Position numbers and translations under genes: made by a program
Shown here: one piece after another, positions 58,047-64,000 of the stretch
How the letters are laid out: the number at the start of each line of letters is the position of its first letter
Numbering within the stretch: position 1 is the first letter of the stretch
From: Eledone cirrhosa
Lineage: Eukaryota
Direction of reading: 5' to 3'
Assembly (NCBI GenBank): GCA_964016885.1
Contig: OZ024752.1
Location: 35,712,001-35,776,000 of the forward strand
Length of the DNA: 64,000 bases
The notes under the pieces: generated by a model
The model's database searches: none
What the model saw: only the letters and a program-made list of their open reading frames with translations
Told to the model about the DNA's origin: nothing

Positions 58047-60536
58047 TTCATAACACCAACTGTGTTACAGTGTGGACTGAATGCTTCTTATCATGGCACG
58101 AAAATGACCACCTTACAGTGTGGACTGGGTACATTTTGTTGTGTCACCAGCACAACCACCTTACAGGGTGGACTGGGTGCTTTTTATTGTGTCACCAGCA
58201 CAACCACCATACAGGGTGGACAGAGCATGTTTTCTTGTGTCACTAACATGATCACTTTATAGTGTGAACTGGGTGCTTTTTCTCATGCCACCAACACAAC
58301 CACCTCACAGTGATATAAAAATGTCTACATCTTCACAAATATTCAAATCATATATTTATATTATATATTACACATCATATGAATAAACCCTTTCAATAAC
58401 AATCCACCTTAAACCACATCGGGTTCCATGAAACAAAACCCCTTATTTTAAATGGATCCTATTTAGATTTAAATTTTCCAACATAATTTCATATAAATCC
58501 TTTTAGTTATGTCACAAATACAATCTTAATAATTGTTTCTACTTTTTGGCACAAGGCCAGCAATTATCCCAGAGTATTACTGGTACTTTATTTTATCGAC
58601 CCTCGTAAGGATGAAAGGTAAAGTTAACCTCAGCAGGATTTGAACTCAGAATGGCAAGGGCCATAACTCTATGCGTCAAAGCATGGGTCCGACCCTCTAC
58701 CAATACTGCCAATCCAGCAATTAAACACTTTACTAAATCCCTCATAATTTTTCCACTATTTAATTCAAATACAGTTTATTTCATTAGAAATATAGTAATG
58801 AAAAAGTAAAAATATGTTGTAAAAAGTGACTAAAAGGGGTTGGACTGTAAAACATTGCCTTAAAAAGTACAGCTCAACTCATGCCAGCATGGAAAAGTCG
58901 GTGTTACGAGGATGATGATAAGTCTTAAAGTCCTGTACCACATGAAACCACATTAACAAGACATCCTTGATAAGTACAAATTAAAGTCTTTACTTTGGCT
59001 TACAGCAAATTTTCAGAACAATCTGTCAACTAGTAAAGTTACCATAAATATTTGAAGTAACAGATCCATTTTTAGATATTTTCTGCTAAATTATTACAGG
59101 ATGTTGAGTGAAAGTCAAACATGATCAAGCAGTGATGCTAAAACAAAGTTTCAACATAACTATTTAGCTGAACTGTATTGCCTCCACAAATGAGAAAAAT
59201 GTGGATACTGCATCTTCACTCAACTTCTTCAACTTGGTGTCTGATACCGAGTTCAACTAAACTACAGGTGTTTTAGACCAATGGTGTGAGCAGGGAGGTA
59301 ACTCCAGACAGTTGTGTTCTAGTCTCTTGTCTCCATGAAATTCCAGTGATAGTATCTTTGCCAATTGACAGATACATTTGCTATTCATAAGTGGAGGCAC
59401 GTGCCCTAGTGGTAAGGGTGTTGGACTTACGATCATAATGCTGTGGGTTCGATTTTTGGACTAGGCTCTATGTTGTGTTCTTCAGCAAAACACGTCATTT
59501 CACGTTGCTCCAGTATACTCAGCTGTAAATGAGTACCAGCACTAACTGGGGATTTAACCCTAGAATGAACTGGTGTCCTGTCCAGAGGCAAAGTCTTCTA
59601 CTCTCAGTCACTTAACACTATGGAAACCAGAATCAGTACTGGCATGATGGGGCTCAAGGCATGCGACAGACTTTAACCTTGCAATGAACTGGCATCTTGT
59701 CCAGTGGGGTGTCTTTTACTCTCAGTCGCTTCACTCCATGAAAACGGGAATGAGCACTGGCCTAATAAGCTTGGGACAAACTTTAGACTTTTGCTAGTCA
59801 TAGTTGTAATTTTGCTATAGGATATGAAAAACTGGTTTGATTTTGTTGGTTTATTTCTTTGTAAGAATTCGTTGCAGCAGGTACATCAGTGTATGAAAAT
59901 ATAGAACTTTATACAGCCTTCACAACCAGGTAAATATTTTAGCATAGGAAAACATTTTGTTGTTTATTATCCTATAGTACCTCATATAGTAAATTTTCTT
60001 CTTCTCTGCCCACTTATTCCTGTGTGGATCATGGGGCAGAGTCCTCAAACACACCTTTAAGCAGGTCCTATCAGAAGCAACTGTCTCTAAATTAACTAAA
60101 TATGATAAAGTCAACCAACTCAAATTTTTTATTCTTTCAAAGCTCACGTAGATATTTTAAAATATGTATAAAACAGGATAGGTTGTCATCATTACATAAC
60201 AATGACAAACAACAAAACACAACTATCTTGCCATGACAGAATGATACATAGAATAGAAGAAATACATAGCACCCTATTGTTTTTCTTTGTCACATAAAAT
60301 TTCTAAGGTTTGAACCAACCCACACATACTAGCATGAAAGCTGGACATGCTCCCTCCACATCAGATCTCCCACAATGGCCTTGCCTCGACAAAGAGTACA
60401 AAGTCCACCTTGTATCCTCATCTAGTGCCTCAACAACAAATGACCATACAGGGTAGACTTTTATTTTTAATATATATATATATCATATATATCCCTTTAG
60501 CATTTACATTACGCTATATTTACTTTCATATTTTCA

Positions 60537-61424
60537 GCTAGACAGCTTCTGCTACCTAGGTGACCGAATTAGCAAGGGAGGTGGGTGCTCAGAAAGTACA
60601 ATAACTAGGGTAAGAACGGGATGGAAGAAGTTTAGGGAACTACTACCACTGTTAGCTGCAAAAGGCTTCTCCCTCAGAATGAAAGGCAGACTGTATGATG
60701 CGTGTATCCGAACAGCGATGTTGCATGGTAGTGAGACCTGGGCGCTGAAGGTGGAAGACTTACGTAGATTAGAGAGAAACGAAGCCTGCATGCTCCGATG
60801 GATGTGTAACAGTAATATACGTGAACGACAAAGCATAAAGGAATTGAGAGAGAGACTGAGCATAAGAGGAATCAAATGCTGCGTGCAGGAGAGGCGGTTA
60901 CGCTGGTATGGACATGTGATGCGTATGAAGGATGACAGCTGCATAAAAAGGTGCAGAGCACTAGAAGTTGATGGAAACCACGGAGTGGGGAGACCCAAGA
61001 TGACTTGGGATGAGGTGATAAAAGCCGACCTTACCCAACTACACCTCTCAAAGTCAATGACACACGGCCGTGACTTCTGGCGTCACGCAGTAATACAGGG
61101 TACCCGACCTCCCATGGGTACATGCTGAAGCATATAAACAATATGCCCCCCCCCCCCCCCACCGCAAGGTGGTCGTGGAGGTGCCACGGCAAAAAAAGCA
61201 CCCAGCCCACACTGTAAAGTGGACGTGTAGGCGCCACGAAAAAGCACCCAGCACTCACTGTAAATGAGGTTGGTGTTAGGAAGGGCATCCAGCTGTAGAA
61301 ATCAAGCCAGATCAGTTCCTGTATGAGCAAGGCATGGTCAGCCGACCAGACACTGCCCACAACAGGACAACCCGTCTAACCCATGCTAGCGTGGAAGAAC
61401 GGACGTAAAACGATGATGATGATG
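60537..61424 (+). mobile_element. RTE-clade LINE 3' fragment (same family as 53301-55521)
   Basis: MLHGSETW...RRLRWYGHVMR...GRPKMTW; (GAT)n tail; flanked by the direct repeat ATTTTCA (60530-60536 and 61425-61431). Confidence 0.93.
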
Positions 61425-61709
61425 ATTTTCATGGTAAAGGCTTTATCTCACATAATTATCTCACATAATATCAAATCTTGGAGATTTTGATATTATTTAT
61501 TTTGATAACAATACCTTAACATCAGTATGAGCGGCCTGTTAAAATGTTAAAGGATATATATATATATATATATATATGTGTGGGTGTGTGTGTGTGTGTG
61601 TATCATCATCATCATCATCATCAACGTTTAACGTCCGTGTTCCACGCTTGCATGGGTTTGGACGGGGGTTTTCCCACTTGAGGCAAGAGTGATTGTCTTG
61701 CTCGCATAG

Positions 61710-62222
61710 GACTGCCTGGTGGGTTTTCTACAGCTGGATGCCCTTCCTAACACCAACCACGTTTACAGTGTGGGGCTGGGAGGTATTTACCGTGTTGCCT
61801 ACACGGCCACATTACAGCGTGGACTGTCTGGCGGGTTTTCTACAGCTGGATGCCCTTCCTAACACCAACCACGTTTACAGTGTGGGGCTGGGAGGTATTT
61901 ACCGTGTTGCCTACACGGCCACATTACAGCGTGGACTGTCTGGCGGGTTTTCTACAGCTGGATGCCCTTCCTAACACCAACCACGTTTACAGTGTGGGGC
62001 TGGGAGGTATTTACCGTGTTGCCTACACGGCCACATTACAGCGTGGACTGTCTGGCGGGTTTTCTACAGCTGGATGCCCTTCCTAACACCAACCACGTTT
62101 ACAGTGTGGGGCTGGGAGGTATTTACCGTGTTGCCTACACGGCCACATTACAGCGTGGACTGTCTGGCGGGTTTTCTACAGCTGGATGCCCTTCCTAACA
62201 CCAACCACGTTTACAGTGTGGG
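61710..62222. repeat. 112-bp tandem repeat, about 4.5 units
   Basis: Identical ORF starts 112 bp apart (61850, 61962, 62074); unit resembles the RTE/SINE 3' UTR. Confidence 0.95.
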
Positions 62223-62464
62223 GAAATATATGTATGTGTATATATGTATGTATGTGTATATATATATATATATAGGAAAATAGTCAGGACCCTGGCAGAT
62301 GAGCTCCGGCCGTTTCGACAGCTAGTTCTGAACTAGCTGTCGAAACGGCTGGAGCTCAGCCGTCGGGGTCCTGACTATTTTCCTATTGCCCACTCTACTA
62401 CCCATAGTATCGAGTACTCTGGTGCGTTATGGTCCACCTGGTTCCTTACCACACTTCCTTCGTT

Positions 62465-62504
62465 ATATATATATATATATAATTATCTTATGTTGTTTAT
62501 TAAA

Positions 62505-62544
<40 letters not shown>

Positions 62545-62563
62545 TCTTATGTTGTTTATTAAA

Positions 62564-62605
<42 letters not shown>

Positions 62606-62624
62606 TCTTATGTTGTTTATTACA

Positions 62625-62664
<40 letters not shown>

Positions 62665-62683
62665 TCTTATGTTGTTTATTACA

Positions 62684-62723
<40 letters not shown>

Positions 62724-62742
62724 TCTTATGTTGTTTATTAAA

Positions 62743-62784
<42 letters not shown>

Positions 62785-62803
62785 TCTTATGTTGTTTATT
62801 AAA

Positions 62804-62841
<38 letters not shown>

Positions 62842-62888
62842 TCTTATGTTGTTTATTACATAACTATATATATATATATATATATATA
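62465..62888. repeat. Tandem repeat of about 59 bp with (TA)n spacers, 7 units
   Basis: AATTATCTTATGTTGTTTATTA(A/C)ATAAC-(TA)n. Confidence 0.95.
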
Positions 62889-64000
62889 AGAGGGTGTTAA
62901 AGTTTGCTTGAAGCATTGTGAAATGTGTAAAAATACGTAGTTAAGAAAGCCACAACAATGCAAAGGGAAATCTCGAGGTAGGAAGTGAAATATAGATAGG
63001 AAAAACAGGTGAAAGTGAAAGTTGAGAGAGACAAAGATGAAAACAAAACAAAGGTAGAAGGGTTACCGTAGTAGAGATTTAATCCCAATATTTCGGGCTC
63101 ACGCCCATCAACGGGGGAAAAGTTCCAAAAGGGGGGAAAACAGGCCAAGCGGAGAAAGTGGTGATGTCGTTAAGACAGGAATGCCGTTATGGGGAGAAAA
63201 ATATTTAAAATTTAAACGAGGGAAAGAATGCGCGTGCGCGTGATAAGCTGTGGCAAAAGCTTCTGACCAAATGGGTTAAATCAAGAGGGTGCGTTAGCGT
63301 GTGAAAGCCGTAAGATATGTGTATGTAAATATATATGTGTGTGTGACTGTGTGTGTATAAGTGTAAGTGTGTATATGTGTGTGTGAAAGATAGTGGGCTG
63401 TAGAAGTTGGAAATGAAAGGGTGTGAAAGGTGGTAGGTTGTAAAATATGTGTGCGTGTATAAATATAGATCTGTGTGTGTGTAAGCATATGGGTATACAT
63501 GTGTGTGTGTAACTGTGTGTGTATATGTGTGAGTGCGTTTGTGTGTGAAAGATAGTGGGCTGTAGAAGCTGGAAATCAAAGGGTGTGAAAGGTGGTAGGT
63601 TGTAAAAACATGTGTGCGTGTAAAATATAGAAGTGTGTGTGCATGCGTATGGGTATGCATATACGTGCGTGTGTGTGAAGATAGCAGGCCGTAGGCTGTG
63701 AATGGTCATTATGGTTAAGTTAGCCATGTCAGCTCATTTCTCTCAGCCCGGTTGTTAAGTGGGGGTCTGAGGTTCTTAATAACAAGTGCTTCCTTTATCC
63801 TTAAGGATCCGATGCTGCGTTCAGTCGCTAGGACTGTGACCAAGGGTCTACCTTGTGGGTTTCCGCATTTAAGGATATGTTTACGGAAGGAAGATGCGTT
63901 GGTGTTGATATGTTCCTTGATACGAACATGTAGGGGTCGGATGGTGCTACCTATGTAAAACTTGTTACATTTATCGCATTGAATCTTATATACGACATAG
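62888..64000 (-). mobile_element. Penelope-like element, 3' part, ending in a (TA)n tract
   Basis: GIY-YIG coding end followed by about 0.8 kb of UTR with internal direct repeats (about 63300-63690); stops abruptly at (TA)n near 62888. Confidence 0.8.
63715..63999 (-). CDS. C-terminal GIY-YIG endonuclease of a Penelope-like retroelement (ORF continues beyond window)
   Basis: Manual translation: YVVYKIQCDKCNKFYIGSTIRPLHVRIKEHINTNASSFRKHILKC...LRIKEALVIKNLRPPLNNRAERNELTWLT*. Shows VY-CxxC-YIG, RxxEH, catalytic E and PxLN motifs with no internal stop. Confidence 0.9.
   Translation of the reverse strand, partial: YVVYKIQCDKCNKFYIGSTIRPLHVRIKEHINTNASSFRKHILKCGNPQGRPLVTVLATERSIGSLRIKEALVIKNLRPPLNNRAERNELTWLT

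Noticed and set aside
56700-62270. Search for upstream PGAP3 exons (QFHGK motif)
   Set aside because: Not found with a valid donor site; CATGGCAAG near 60230 is not followed by GT. The 5' exons are probably beyond the window.
62465-62888. CRISPR-like repeat-spacer appearance
   Set aside because: Spacers are plain (TA)n, the context is eukaryotic and there are no cas genes.

Overview
AT-rich, microsatellite-saturated animal DNA, most likely octopus/cephalopod (inferred from the SINE and LINE content, not checked by a search). Nearly all ORFs in the track are (TA)n/(CA)n artefacts. The one host gene I can support is PGAP3 (Per1-like GPI remodelling enzyme) on the minus strand: six GT-AG exons with consistent phase at 56597..49038, with the 5' exons not found here. 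The rest is mobile DNA: tRNA-derived SINEs, RTE- and CR1-group LINE fragments, Tc1/pogo/hAT/piggyBac-like MITEs, a Helitron end and several minisatellites. The main find is a population of short islands embedded in (TA)n tracts. They carry about 20 complete or partial type I hammerhead ribozyme motifs from at least 8 sequence-unrelated families and often form foldback palindromes. Several show compensatory stem changes, a shared C.C mismatch in stem II, or non-canonical cores (U3-A8, U4A). An uninterrupted GIY-YIG endonuclease frame of a Penelope-like retroelement, missed by the ORF track, lies at the right edge and is a plausible mobiliser. All folds were made by eye and ribozyme activity is untested.
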